A DNA stretch of 64,000 nt from Candidatus Omnitrophota bacterium (GCA_043817155.1 JBDRHE010000085.1:1464-65463); one strand, 5' to 3'. Positions 37,835 through 47,331 are shown, counted from the stretch's first letter. The notes: generated from the sequence alone by a model not told the origin. Made by a program: numbers and translations.

Positions 37835-38944
37835 ATGATTAGATCGAGGATGGTCCGCTTTACATTGGCAACGGTTGTTTTTTTGACCGTGCTCCTGGTG
37901 CTTGTCCTGCTCTACCTTAAGATCTACGGAAAGAATGTTCTGGAGAAAGTGTTGAGTAGCATGCTCGGGACAAAGGTTGAATTCACGGGCCTGACAATTA
38001 ATCCGGACAGATACGCGCTTAAATTTAAAGGGGTTAAACTGCCTGAGAAGATCGATTTCAAGGACCGGTCTATATTCAGCGCCAAGAACTTCACGGTCTT
38101 CCTTGATAAGAGAGAACTCAAAGAAAAGAGGAAAATAGCGATCGATGAGATATTGATCGAAGAGGGCGTCTTTACTGTTGAGCGCAATAGGGCAGGGGTC
38201 CTTAATATATCCGGTTTGCCCGGTAAAAAACGCTCGATCCAGACCGGCGTAGCGTATGCAAACGAGCCAGAGCCTACAGGTCTTTACAGTTTTGCCAGCA
38301 GCATACGAAAGCTTATTATAAAGGATTCTGTAATAGAATTCAAGGACCACTTTATTTATGATGTGCCGTTTATAGTCACCTGTGAAGACTTCAGCGCAGA
38401 TATAACATCTATGCGTAAGCCATTAAAGAAGACCGGTTATATCCCTATTTTTTGCGAATTGAGCTGTACCATCCCAAGCGATCGATATGGAAAAGGGGAG
38501 ATCGCGATAGACACGGATCTGTCAGTCTATAAGTACATGTACGATGCGGATATGACTGTAACGCTCAGGCGCGTGGACCTCATGCGTTTTTTCCCGTACA
38601 TTGAGAAATATACACCGTTCTCTATCAGTGATGGCCTTGCCAGCTCTGACACTAAATTTGAATTGCGGAATAACAGGATAAATTCCATTACCAATGTGGT
38701 CTTTCACAGGTTGCGCTTAGTATCCGAACCGGGCAGCCGCGACGGTCAATTCCTGCAAACCTCTGTAAGCAGGCTCCTGCCTTATTTGACATCGAGGCAG
38801 GGTGAAATACTCTTCGACTTCGTCATAAGGGGTCCGGCCAATCAGCCCGAGGTATCCCTTGGGCCACAAGTACGTAGCGCGATGAGCTCCGCAGTTATGG
38901 GCGAGGTAGGTAGCGCCCTCCAGGGCTTACAGGGCCTTCAGTAA
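37835..38944 (+). CDS. membrane-anchored hypothetical protein (AsmA/DUF748-like topology)
   Basis: 369 aa; N-terminal TM (LATVVFLTVLLVLVLLYL), then a large periplasmic-type domain; preferred over the overlapping antisense ORF 37610..38350 on composition grounds. Confidence 0.45.
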   Translation: MIRSRMVRFTLATVVFLTVLLVLVLLYLKIYGKNVLEKVLSSMLGTKVEFTGLTINPDRYALKFKGVKLPEKIDFKDRSIFSAKNFTVFLDKRELKEKRKIAIDEILIEEGVFTVERNRAGVLNISGLPGKKRSIQTGVAYANEPEPTGLYSFASSIRKLIIKDSVIEFKDHFIYDVPFIVTCEDFSADITSMRKPLKKTGYIPIFCELSCTIPSDRYGKGEIAIDTDLSVYKYMYDADMTVTLRRVDLMRFFPYIEKYTPFSISDGLASSDTKFELRNNRINSITNVVFHRLRLVSEPGSRDGQFLQTSVSRLLPYLTSRQGEILFDFVIRGPANQPEVSLGPQVRSAMSSAVMGEVGSALQGLQGLQ

Positions 38945-39169
38945 CTTACTTTCCACCTATCCGTGTAATCAAAACTATATAAACTCCGTATAATCTGTGC
39001 ATTATTTCGTCTCGAGTTAACTATGAAAAAGTTACCTCATAATCTATTGTTATTTTTTCCTATTAAAGGCATACTTATATTAGGAGGCATGAATAAGTAT
39101 ATACAGTTATTAAGAGCGTAAAGAAGTTATTTCTTCGGACTGCATTGAAACTGAGAGAAGGTGAGACGC

Positions 39170-39547
39170 ATGAACCCAATGAGTTATCAACCGGCGAATA
39201 CAAATGTAGAAAAGAGGGCATACAAACGTATACGTAGGGGATATATGTTCCAATATAGAATAAACCCGCAGTCAACCTGGGACGCTGTTGTTATGCATGA
39301 TCTCAGTGCGGGGGGCATGGCATTCAACTGTGGCAAGACCATTGAGAACGACGCTATCCTGGATGTCAAGATAAACTTCCCATCATCAAACCGACCGATA
39401 GAATGCGCAGGCCGTGTCGTGCGCTCAAGGAAAGATGCATACTTACCGATGTACCATATAGCGCTCTCCTTCATGGATATAGCTGACGACGCGAAGAACC
39501 ATATTAATAAACTCGCTGAAGAGTTTCATGCAAAGGAAAGACTATAA
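39170..39547 (+). CDS. PilZ-domain (c-di-GMP-binding) protein
   Basis: KRAYKRIRR (RxxxR) and DLSAGGMAF (DxSxxG); ATG 39170 with AGGTGAG SD. Confidence 0.55.
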   Translation: MNPMSYQPANTNVEKRAYKRIRRGYMFQYRINPQSTWDAVVMHDLSAGGMAFNCGKTIENDAILDVKINFPSSNRPIECAGRVVRSRKDAYLPMYHIALSFMDIADDAKNHINKLAEEFHAKERL

Positions 39548-39716
39548 ATCCAACTTTGCTACATGTTAGTATTGAAGTGCGTAATTTTATAAAGACCGTT
39601 AATCCAATAAATAGTTATCTACTCTTTACAAATGCTTATTTTAAAGGTATACTTTAATTAGAATTAAATAAGGAGGTGGCCAAGTAGCGCAAAGCTGCGA
39701 AGGTTTACTACCTATG

Positions 39717-39743
39717 AAAGCCCGCAAGAACGCGGGCTTTTTC
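39717..39743 (+). terminator. rho-independent terminator after the second PilZ gene
   Basis: AAAGCCCGC-AAGAAC-GCGGGCTTT then TTC. Confidence 0.55.
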
Positions 39744-39995
39744 ATTATCATATAACTAATAGGGGAAAGGGTCTTTGACCCGGTCTGCGGGGTTGTCCAA
39801 CCCCGGCTTGGAATCTGGACTTATTTTCTGGCCGCTCTAGGTAAGCTTGGTTAGGGAATAAAAAAGCTTGCCATATACGTTTGCCTATTCTTACGTTTTA
39901 GGGTATAATCTATTACGAAGGGTAGGACAGCGCTATAGAATGTGATGCAGCATTATGTTGCATTTTTTTATCAGCGGTTATTATGAGGATTAAAA

Positions 39996-41621
39996 ATGTT
40001 TAATATGCGTGTTAAGTTATTAAGGAAGTTGCTGGCTCTGCCGATCGTGCTGGCATTCCTCTTTAACGTGATAGTAATCGACGCCGTGTATGCCGTAGAA
40101 AAAAAGGGATATACCTCTAGCAAACAGCCAAAGGAAGAGCTTCCCTCTAAGGATTCGAGCGATCTAACTAAGTACCTTAAGCATGTGTCCGCGTTGATTG
40201 AGCAGAAGAACGATATCTTAAAAGAGATATCTCAAAAAACGCCACCCACTGATCAGAACGATTCATTAACTGAACGGCTTGAAAATCATGGGTATTTAGA
40301 CATATCTGAAATAACCCTAGATAGAAAGGGATATGAATGTCTGATAAGGGATTTTGACCTGCCATTGGATGATATCAAGTATTTACCCGAAGACATACTT
40401 CTATTTTATAAAGAGAACGGCACAAAAGAGACGCTCGAATACATAAAGTACGCAAAAGAGATCTATGGCCAAAGAAAAGATAAGCCCGGCAAAGATACCC
40501 CAACGGAAATACCCCGCAAAGAAAAGGATCCCCCACCGGCGAAACCTCGCATCATTGACGAACCCGCTAAAATCGACTTACCCAAACCTTATCCTTGGAA
40601 CCCTTATCAGTTAGGAGAAGACTTTGTATCCTATGTAGAGGATGTCGCGTTACATGTGTTCGATGATAACGGGAACGGTCTTCTGGATGGCACGGAGATC
40701 CTAGCGCAAGATGAACGTCTGCATTCCCGGCGCATAGGTTCTTTCTATTATAGTTACTCTGAAAACGGCAGCTATGGTGGAAGTGAATTTATATTTAATC
40801 ATCATGTAAGAGATCTATTGGGTTTCATATTTATCTATATCGCTCAGGATTACTGGAACGCGACGCCCCAAGAGATCGCTCCCGGCGTTTTGGCGACTTT
40901 CACGGAATCGGACGATGGCAATCAATATACAGTCACTCTGACCGGTGACGCGTGGACCATAACTATTTTATATAAGAGGCCACCCGGTGTCGACACTACG
41001 ACAGTAACCGAAATGAGAAGGATATTCGCGGGAATCGAAGAAGCTATGGACGGCCTCTCTCATGAGTTCGACAATCTTGAAAAAGAAGGGGGAGAACACC
41101 CGGCGGGTGCTACTCCTGACAGAGAGAAGCTTAGAATGGAGCTCGGAAGCACTGACATCTTATCCAATGACGGCAACAGGAAAGAAGAAGCATTAAAGAA
41201 ACCTTATGCTCCTAAAGGCGAAAGCGATGAAACCGGGGAAACTGTCGAATCAGAAAGAAGAACGGTTAGCGCGTCGCGAAGCTACAAAAACACACAGAAA
41301 ACAGATTCGCCTCGCGATAAAGATGTCCTATTTAAAAAAGGAGAAAAGGTGCTAGAGGGCGCCGCTATTTCCTTTAACGACGTTGACCAAAATACTCAAA
41401 TTGACAACGAAACATCTCACCGGAAAGGATATTCATTATTGGATGATCAATGGAGGGATGCCAAAACGGTCTTTGATAAGGCATTTGAGAAGGTTTTATA
41501 TGAAGAGGCGGGCGCCGTATCTTCAGGGGATGGGGCCGTTATCTTATTAAAATCATTCAAAGTATCTGACGATAGCGATGAGGAGAGCGAAGAGGACGAC
41601 GGTGAGAGTGACCAGACATAA
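39996..41621 (+). CDS. secreted hypothetical protein with acidic C-terminal tail
   Basis: 541 aa; signal peptide; C-terminus DDSDEESEEDDGESDQT; putative promoter TTGCCT-17 nt-TATAAT at ~39880..39908. Confidence 0.5.
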   Translation: MFNMRVKLLRKLLALPIVLAFLFNVIVIDAVYAVEKKGYTSSKQPKEELPSKDSSDLTKYLKHVSALIEQKNDILKEISQKTPPTDQNDSLTERLENHGYLDISEITLDRKGYECLIRDFDLPLDDIKYLPEDILLFYKENGTKETLEYIKYAKEIYGQRKDKPGKDTPTEIPRKEKDPPPAKPRIIDEPAKIDLPKPYPWNPYQLGEDFVSYVEDVALHVFDDNGNGLLDGTEILAQDERLHSRRIGSFYYSYSENGSYGGSEFIFNHHVRDLLGFIFIYIAQDYWNATPQEIAPGVLATFTESDDGNQYTVTLTGDAWTITILYKRPPGVDTTTVTEMRRIFAGIEEAMDGLSHEFDNLEKEGGEHPAGATPDREKLRMELGSTDILSNDGNRKEEALKKPYAPKGESDETGETVESERRTVSASRSYKNTQKTDSPRDKDVLFKKGEKVLEGAAISFNDVDQNTQIDNETSHRKGYSLLDDQWRDAKTVFDKAFEKVLYEEAGAVSSGDGAVILLKSFKVSDDSDEESEEDDGESDQT

Positions 41622-41650
41622 CTAGCTTGCAACGCACGGTACTTTTTATA

Positions 41651-41684
41651 ACGAGGTTAGAGAGGATCTAACCTCGTTTTTTAT
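41651..41684 (+). terminator. rho-independent terminator
   Basis: ACGAGGTTAG-AGAGGAT-CTAACCTCGT then TTTTTTA. Confidence 0.6.
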
Positions 41685-41767
41685 TGACAAAAGAGGAGCA
41701 TTGTAACAGAATAAGCCTAATATTACGGAGTTTTACGCGTGAAATATTGTTTTAGATATAGGGTTTT

Positions 41768-42376
41768 ATGACAGTCCCAAATTCAGGAAAAGGCCCCTTG
41801 CGTGAAGAGGATCTCTTAATAGAGAGGTTTAAAGAGGGTGACAGGGCCTCATTTGACAAGATTTATAGCAAGTACAAGGCGAGGATACTGAGCTATATCA
41901 ACAGGATGATCGGTAACATAGCAGTCGCGGAAGAGTTAACGCAAGAGACATTTATCAACGTCTTTATTAATGTAGCCAGATACGAACCCAGGGGGATGTT
42001 TAAAGCATGGATTTACATGATAGCATCGAACCTCGCCAAGAATGAATTAAGGAGAAGGAGCCAAAGAAAAGATGTATCACTATTCAAAGTTATTGGCGGG
42101 CAAAGCTGCGACACCACCCTTGAGAACGTACTTACAAGCGAGAGCCTTTCTCCGGAATCGATAATAAATAACGGTGAGCTTAAGGAAACAATAGAAGAGA
42201 TACTGCAATCCCTTCCCGTGATACATAGAGAAGTTCTTGTGCTGTGCGTAATAGAGGGATTGTCCTATGAGGAAGCGGCGCGGGTTCTTAATATCAATGT
42301 TAAGACCGTCTCTTCAAGACTGGTTCGCGCGAGAAGGCGGTTTATAGAAGACATTAAAAGAAGGCGGGGAAAGTAG
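41768..42376 (+). CDS. ECF-type RNA polymerase sigma factor (sigma-70 regions 2 and 4)
   Basis: 202 aa; EELTQETFINVF region 2.2 motif; C-terminal region 4 HTH (SYEEAARVLNINVKTVSSRLVRARR). Confidence 0.85.
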   Translation: MTVPNSGKGPLREEDLLIERFKEGDRASFDKIYSKYKARILSYINRMIGNIAVAEELTQETFINVFINVARYEPRGMFKAWIYMIASNLAKNELRRRSQRKDVSLFKVIGGQSCDTTLENVLTSESLSPESIINNGELKETIEEILQSLPVIHREVLVLCVIEGLSYEEAARVLNINVKTVSSRLVRARRRFIEDIKRRRGK

Positions 42377-42380
42377 TAAA

Positions 42381-43817
42381 ATGAGACACGAGATCGACTT
42401 CGGGTCACTTTGCGATTATCTGGATAAGAGGCTTCCGGACGCCTTTAGAAAGAAGGTCGAGTCTCACCTGGCCGGGTGTAAATCGTGCCGGGAAGTATTT
42501 CGCTTGCTTGAGAATTCAGACCTTGCTATGCGCCATTTAGATGAGGCGAAAGCGTCGCCTTCCTTTGACCGGGAGTTCAACAGAAAATTGTACGAGCGTC
42601 TTAAGCGCAAAGAGGAGAAGAGAGTCGGTTTCATTATTAATGATATTCTCGGAAAGGTAAAATCCGCTATTCTGTCGCCGCCTCTCACTGTTGTCAGAGT
42701 GGCTATTTCTATATTGCTAATTCTATTCGCGCATGGGGTTTTAAAAAACTCGCTGGTTGAGTCGCCAAGCGTCGTATCTGTAAAGGGTAATGCATCTGTT
42801 TACATAGCCAGGCAAAAGATGTGGCTTACCACGTTGGACGGCGTTAAGCTGCGTAAAGGTGACATAATTAACGTTAAGGAAGATTCTTTTGTAGATATAC
42901 GGCACCAGGGTAAATATTCGATAAGGATAAAGGAGGACTCTGAGATTACTGTGGTAAAGTTACTCCCAAAATACATAAGCGGCACCGTTCTTTATAGCGT
43001 GGCAAAAGGAAAAGCGCTAATATATATATCAGATGCGTTTAAGGGCTCTAAACTTATAATTAAGACACCCGAGGCCATGGCCACAGCGTTAGGAACTGAG
43101 TTTTTAGTTGATGTGTCAACCGGTCCCATTGATATGACGCGATTTGGCGTTCTGGAAGGTAAAGTAATGGTAAAGTCCCTATTTAAACCCAAAGAGCGCT
43201 TAAGGTCGCGAGATGTCCTTGTGGATGGGGGAGAGGCAACGGAGATATATAGGGGGGAGGTTCCCATTACCCCCAGACGGCTCCTGGAATGGGAGTGGGA
43301 GGAGATGATTGAATTTTATCAGATAGGGAAGAAGACACAGGTTTCGCTTCTTATAAGTAATGGAAAACATAGAACACGGGAGCTTTTAAAGCCGTGTCCC
43401 ATATATATATTTGGCCTTGAGCCACCCATGGCCAAAGAGAAACTGAATAATACTATCGGTTTAATAGATAGAGCTATAAAGACCAACGACAGGGTAAGGC
43501 ACCTGGAAGGGATAAGCAGACTCGAGACCATATTGACCGAATACCCCAATCCTTTATATGAACCCCAGATCCGACTCTTTGTAGGAACCTATTATAATTA
43601 TCTTGAGATGCCGGAAAAAGCCATAGAGGCATTCAAATTGGTTCATTCCAGGTATCGCGATTCAACGTTCGCTAGCATGGCCATTTACGCTATTGGCATA
43701 GTCTACAGTGAAAAGCTGAATAACGAAAACGAGGCCAACGAGTACTATGGCCTTGTACTCAAAGACTACCCACAAAGCCCGGAAGCGTCCCTCCTGAGAG
43801 AGTTAAGAAAACAATAG
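42381..43817 (+). CDS. putative anti-sigma factor (zf-HC2 zinc finger, TM, FecR-like and TPR-like regions)
   Basis: 478 aa; HLAGCKSCREVF zinc-finger motif of anti-sigma factors; TM (VAISILLILFAHGV); directly downstream of the ECF sigma gene. Confidence 0.6.
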   Translation: MRHEIDFGSLCDYLDKRLPDAFRKKVESHLAGCKSCREVFRLLENSDLAMRHLDEAKASPSFDREFNRKLYERLKRKEEKRVGFIINDILGKVKSAILSPPLTVVRVAISILLILFAHGVLKNSLVESPSVVSVKGNASVYIARQKMWLTTLDGVKLRKGDIINVKEDSFVDIRHQGKYSIRIKEDSEITVVKLLPKYISGTVLYSVAKGKALIYISDAFKGSKLIIKTPEAMATALGTEFLVDVSTGPIDMTRFGVLEGKVMVKSLFKPKERLRSRDVLVDGGEATEIYRGEVPITPRRLLEWEWEEMIEFYQIGKKTQVSLLISNGKHRTRELLKPCPIYIFGLEPPMAKEKLNNTIGLIDRAIKTNDRVRHLEGISRLETILTEYPNPLYEPQIRLFVGTYYNYLEMPEKAIEAFKLVHSRYRDSTFASMAIYAIGIVYSEKLNNENEANEYYGLVLKDYPQSPEASLLRELRKQ

Positions 43818-43928
43818 TTACAAAATGGCGGGGGTAAACAGGCATCCCTTTTGTTATAGGGTAAGATGAGTTATTCTTTTCTGTTCAATTTAAGTAATTA
43901 TTAAAAGAGTAGCAAAAGGAGGTGCGAG

Positions 43929-44759
43929 ATGAAGACAGTAGTTAAGCCGCTTATAATAGCGGTGATTTGTTTGGGTATAGTCGTTCCTTATGAATCATGC
44001 CTTGCTGACATGCGTAAAAATACGCTAAAAACGAAGGAGATAAAGGATATTCCGAGCAGATCAGTAGAACAGCTTGAAAGACTGCTTACGAGCAAAGCGG
44101 AGGTTGTATCAAAGAAAAACGCCGTTTCCAAAGAGATTCAGAACGAAAAGGAGTCCAGGGAAGAGTCTTCCAAAAAGGAACTATTAAGCAAATCCCCAAA
44201 AGGCATAAATTTAGTAGTAGCCCCAAACACGAACAAAGAAAAACTAGCCCTTAAGGAACTGTTTTTTGGTAAACAACCTAAGGATGAGGTGCCTAACATA
44301 AGTAAGGATCTGTTGTTTAAAGACACTATTTCGGCCGATGACGGGTCCGTTTCTTCCTTGACAGGAGACCTTATTAAACCGCTTACCTATGAAGGCCGGA
44401 AAAAGGCGGATGATCCCGGGTTCTCTGTAGGGGCATATATTAAAAGCGTAGTTGAGATGAAAGAGATACCCCTTGAGAAAAACAAAGACACCATTGCAAA
44501 AGACTTGCCGGTTGAAATGAAGCCCTCTTTACAAAAAAAGAGTCTTATGGATAGCGAGCTTATAATACCCCTCAAAGGAGCTCGCAGATCAAGAAGTAGA
44601 CGCATTCTTAAGGATGAATATAACTACGATAATGAAGCACTGTCCGGGAATGGAAGAGGGCCCATAATGTATCGCCATTATGAGGACCACCCCTACATGA
44701 GACTGAATGGCGCTACAATTTCATACACTATCGAACGGAGAGAAACAAGCGTTAATTAA
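43929..44759 (+). CDS. secreted hypothetical protein
   Basis: 276 aa; signal peptide; K/E-rich; no recognised domain. Last plus-strand gene before the strand switch. Confidence 0.45.
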   Translation: MKTVVKPLIIAVICLGIVVPYESCLADMRKNTLKTKEIKDIPSRSVEQLERLLTSKAEVVSKKNAVSKEIQNEKESREESSKKELLSKSPKGINLVVAPNTNKEKLALKELFFGKQPKDEVPNISKDLLFKDTISADDGSVSSLTGDLIKPLTYEGRKKADDPGFSVGAYIKSVVEMKEIPLEKNKDTIAKDLPVEMKPSLQKKSLMDSELIIPLKGARRSRSRRILKDEYNYDNEALSGNGRGPIMYRHYEDHPYMRLNGATISYTIERRETSVN

Positions 44760-44772
44760 TCGTTGTTTATAA

Positions 44773-44828
44773 GCATAAATAAGCTCCTTAGGACCATCGC
44801 AGTGGCCACCCTAAGGAGCTTATTTATG
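44773..44828 (+). terminator. long perfect hairpin (19-bp stem) just after the 43929 gene; terminator-like
   Basis: CATAAATAAGCTCCTTAGG-N17-CCTAAGGAGCTTATTTATG; the loop contains a GTGGCCAC palindrome; followed by TAG rather than a clean T-run. Confidence 0.5.
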
Positions 44829-44919
44829 TAGAGGACGGCCGAAATCTGGCAGCGAAAACCACACATTTAAGATCTTAGCTCCTGTCAAGTAGGCCTAGAA
44901 ACCGCATGGAAATAGCACT

Positions 44920-44957
44920 GTAACAAATGTTACTTGAGGGCATGTAACATCTGTTAC
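44920..44957. promoter_or_regulatory. pair of 14-bp palindromes GTAACA-N2-TGTTAC, 24 bp centre-to-centre
   Basis: GTAACAAATGTTAC (44920..44933) and GTAACATCTGTTAC (44944..44957), both perfect palindromes; a degenerate pair recurs at 45445..45489. Confidence 0.55.
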
Positions 44958-45371
44958 TCGATGGTTTCATACAACTTCGGGGTTACAAGGCACAGCACTC
45001 GCCATTTCGTGATTCCATATTAGCGTCATTAACGGTCCGAAATAGGTTGATTACCTTAGGTAATGGTAACAGCCGATAGAAGGGAGAAAGGGCTCATAAA
45101 GAGGCCTCCAAGGCCTTAAAATGGCCAATGCCGTAGGCATAAAACAGATTGGTTGCTAATTGAATCGGGATCTAAAAAGTTCTACCTCCCACAATGCTCT
45201 TCATGCGATTATATCGATAAACCTCTATAATAGGTTATCCACAGGGGGAAAGCTTTAAATCGCCCAAAAAGAGCAAATTTCTACACCTTTGTCTATGTTC
45301 TCGCCAGACCAAGTACACCTTTGTTCGACTCCAAAACGCCTACTTATACACATTAGCCCCTCTTATCCCCA

Positions 45372-45399
45372 GCGTCCTATAATATATCTTATGTTAACT
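45372..45399. other. dif: dif-like XerC/XerD chromosome dimer resolution site (28 bp)
   Basis: GCGTCCTATAA-TATATC-TTATGTTAACT. Compare E. coli dif GGTGCGCATAA-TGTATA-TTATGTTAAAT and B. subtilis dif ACTTCCTAGAA-TATATA-TTATGTAAACT (both recalled from memory). The XerD arm matches 10/11. It lies in a 1-kb ORF-free region at a convergent strand-switch point. Confidence 0.65.
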
Positions 45400-45444
45400 A
45401 GGGCCTTAGGGGAGGGGAGGTTAGCATGTGTTCGTAGGGCCTAT

Positions 45445-45489
45445 GTAACAAATGTTGCGTTCGTCTTTATGCCATATAACAAATGTGTC
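45445..45489. promoter_or_regulatory. second, degenerate pair of GTAACA-N2-TGTTAC-like sites just right of dif
   Basis: GTAACAAATGTTGC (45445..45458; 13/14) and ATAACAAATGTGTC (45476..45489; 11/14). Confidence 0.4.
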
Positions 45490-45796
45490 GCGATCCCATA
45501 GTTTTAAGCGCTATTCAACGTTTATGCGTTAAACATATCCTATTAGGACGCACCGCCACTTTACTAAATATCCCCTATTCACTCAAGCCTTCAATAGCGC
45601 GTGATATAGAGGTTTATCTATATGATAGTGCCCCTATATATGTCTATTATTAACTACTTTGGGGTGGGTATTTGCTGCTTCTTTAGAAAGGAAATTCCGG
45701 GCTCGTTTAAATCGCGAGAGGTCTAATAAGCAACTCGGGGTATCGAAATATTACTGAATTCTTAACGGCTTAAGGCGTCTCTAATAAATGCTCTAA

Positions 45797-46447
45797 TCAA
45801 AGTTCGGATTCGATCTCGCGGATCAGGTTATCGACATCCTTTACAATCTGCGCAGGTAGCATTTTGGATATCTTAAGCTCCCTGCTGATGGACTTTAAAG
45901 CGCTCAGGAAGCGCTTAAGAATGGCTTGTTTCTTCTTTTTCCAAGCCTCTTCAGGCTGAAGTTCCTCGCGTTGCTTTATGAGGGCTGTAAGGTCCTTCTT
46001 TACATCCTTTGCGTCTTTCCCTTTTTGAAGAACGTTCTGCTTTATGGTTTCATATTCCTCTTTATCGATATCCTTCTTCTTGCTGGCAAGCCGTAGGGCA
46101 TCGACAGACTCATAAGTAGGCAGAGATGCAGCGGAAACGCCTTCATGGTAACCCTTGTTAAGGTACCTGGGCTCTTCTTTTTCAAGAAAATAGTATGACC
46201 TTAGCAACTTGAGAGCGGTCTGCTTCCGTATGCCTATCTCCTTTATGGCATATGCATCGAAAGTACCATATCCCCAGTCCCTGTACATCTTATCCTTCCA
46301 CACGGTGTGAAGAGCCTGTCCCAGATCTACCCAGGATGTTTTAAACGATTTGGCATTTTCCAGGATCTGATATCTAAGGGTCCCTTTGGCCACGTTTTCC
46401 ATCTTCTGTTCTAAGTTTTCTATGGTCTTAGTCTTAATAACACTCAT
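45797..46447 (-). CDS. hypothetical protein with predicted HTH; first minus-strand gene after the strand switch
   Basis: 216 aa; WKDKMYRDWGYGTFDAYAIKEIGIRKQTALKLLRSY helix-turn-helix-like segment; K/E-rich coiled-coil C-terminus; family not recognised. Confidence 0.5.
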   Translation of the reverse strand: MSVIKTKTIENLEQKMENVAKGTLRYQILENAKSFKTSWVDLGQALHTVWKDKMYRDWGYGTFDAYAIKEIGIRKQTALKLLRSYYFLEKEEPRYLNKGYHEGVSAASLPTYESVDALRLASKKKDIDKEEYETIKQNVLQKGKDAKDVKKDLTALIKQREELQPEEAWKKKKQAILKRFLSALKSISRELKISKMLPAQIVKDVDNLIREIESEL

Positions 46448-46983
46448 TTATCACCGCCTTTTTGAAAGCCTTATTTTTAGGGATAATATACTACATTGCA
46501 CTGAAAGAGTCAAATGAAAAAGATTCGAAGCATAATACATAAATTAGCACACCTGCCTGCCGGCCCACCTGTTTTTGTGCCCCCCCTCCCCCAGTTTGGA
46601 CGAAATGGGCAAAAACCGAGTTATACCTTGACATTTTAGCTATAATATGCTAATATTACAGCGTCTAAGGCGAATGGAACAAAGGATCTATTGGCGATTT
46701 TGTGGAATACAAGAACTGTTTGAACACGCACTGTTACTCACCAGTCAGCATCATACCATTCATGAGATCCCTAAACACATATTATAGGCCTGTTATATAT
46801 AACGTTATTTAAGTAGGTCATTGATTGAGGGTGCCCGCATGTAGGCGCCATTTCGTGTAATAGTGATAAAAAAGGAGGGTCAAATAGGTTAAGGAATAAG
46901 ATCGGTTTTTGTGTTTTAGGTGAACATTTTGTTCCGCATAAAGAATTATTTGATGCGGAAAACTAAGAAGGAGAATGAGAGAA

Positions 46984-47312
46984 TGGAACAAGTCAGTAAA
47001 TTGTACGTAGGCAACCTCGAATATTCAACAACAGAAGAAGACATTAAGGCTCACTTTGAGGAAAAAGGAATAAAGACAAAATCAGTAACCCTTATAAAGG
47101 ATAAATATACGGGTCGCGCAAAAGGTTTCGGCTTTGTAGAAGTGGAAACGGAATCGGAGATCGAAAAAGCGATCGAAGCACTGGACGGCCAGGACCTTAA
47201 GGGTCGCAAGCTTACAGTCAACAAGGCAAAGCCACCGAGAGAGCGATCAGACAATCCCAGAGGCGGCGGCGGAGGCGGATTTGGAGGCGGAAGAGGAGGC
47301 TCCAGGTTCTAA
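46984..47312 (+). CDS. RRM-type RNA-binding protein with glycine-rich C-terminus
   Basis: RNP2 LYVGNL and RNP1 KGFGFVEV motifs; RGGGGGGFGGGRGGS tail; ATG 46984 with AAGGAG SD. The 5' UTR has a CCGCAT-N13-ATGCGG stem-loop. Confidence 0.8.
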
Positions 47313-47331
47313 TACCGTAGTCTTATAAAAT

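Noticed and set aside
37610-38350. 246-aa minus-strand ORF overlapping the 37258 and 37835 plus-strand genes
   Set aside because: It overlaps two plus-strand ORFs that have signal/TM features and a clear paralog. Its composition is C/R/Y-rich and unlike neighbouring proteins. Likely spurious.
45235-45243. Perfect DnaA-box consensus TTATCCACA plus nearby TTATACACA / TTATCCCCA in the ORF-free region; could this be oriC?
   Set aside because: Flanking genes are transcribed toward this region (convergent), which is the terminus pattern, not the divergent/co-directional pattern around an origin. There is no dnaA/dnaN nearby, only a few scattered boxes, and a strong dif-like site in the same region.
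45409-45416. KOPS-like octamer GGGGAGGG (GGGNAGGG) 10 bp right of dif
   Set aside because: Single occurrence, on the strand that would be non-permissive for an E. coli-type KOPS at that side of dif, and KOPS motifs differ between phyla. Cannot be evaluated without genome-wide skew statistics.
44760-45800. Large housekeeping ncRNA (tmRNA, RNase P RNA, 6S, group II intron) in the 1-kb ORF-free region
   Set aside because: None of the conserved cores I know was found by eye: no tmRNA GGGGCTGATTCTGGATTCGACGGG 5' end or tag ORF, no RNase P GGAAAGTCCGGGCTCC / ACAGAANCCGGCTTA motifs, no group II domain V. The region is better explained by terminus features.
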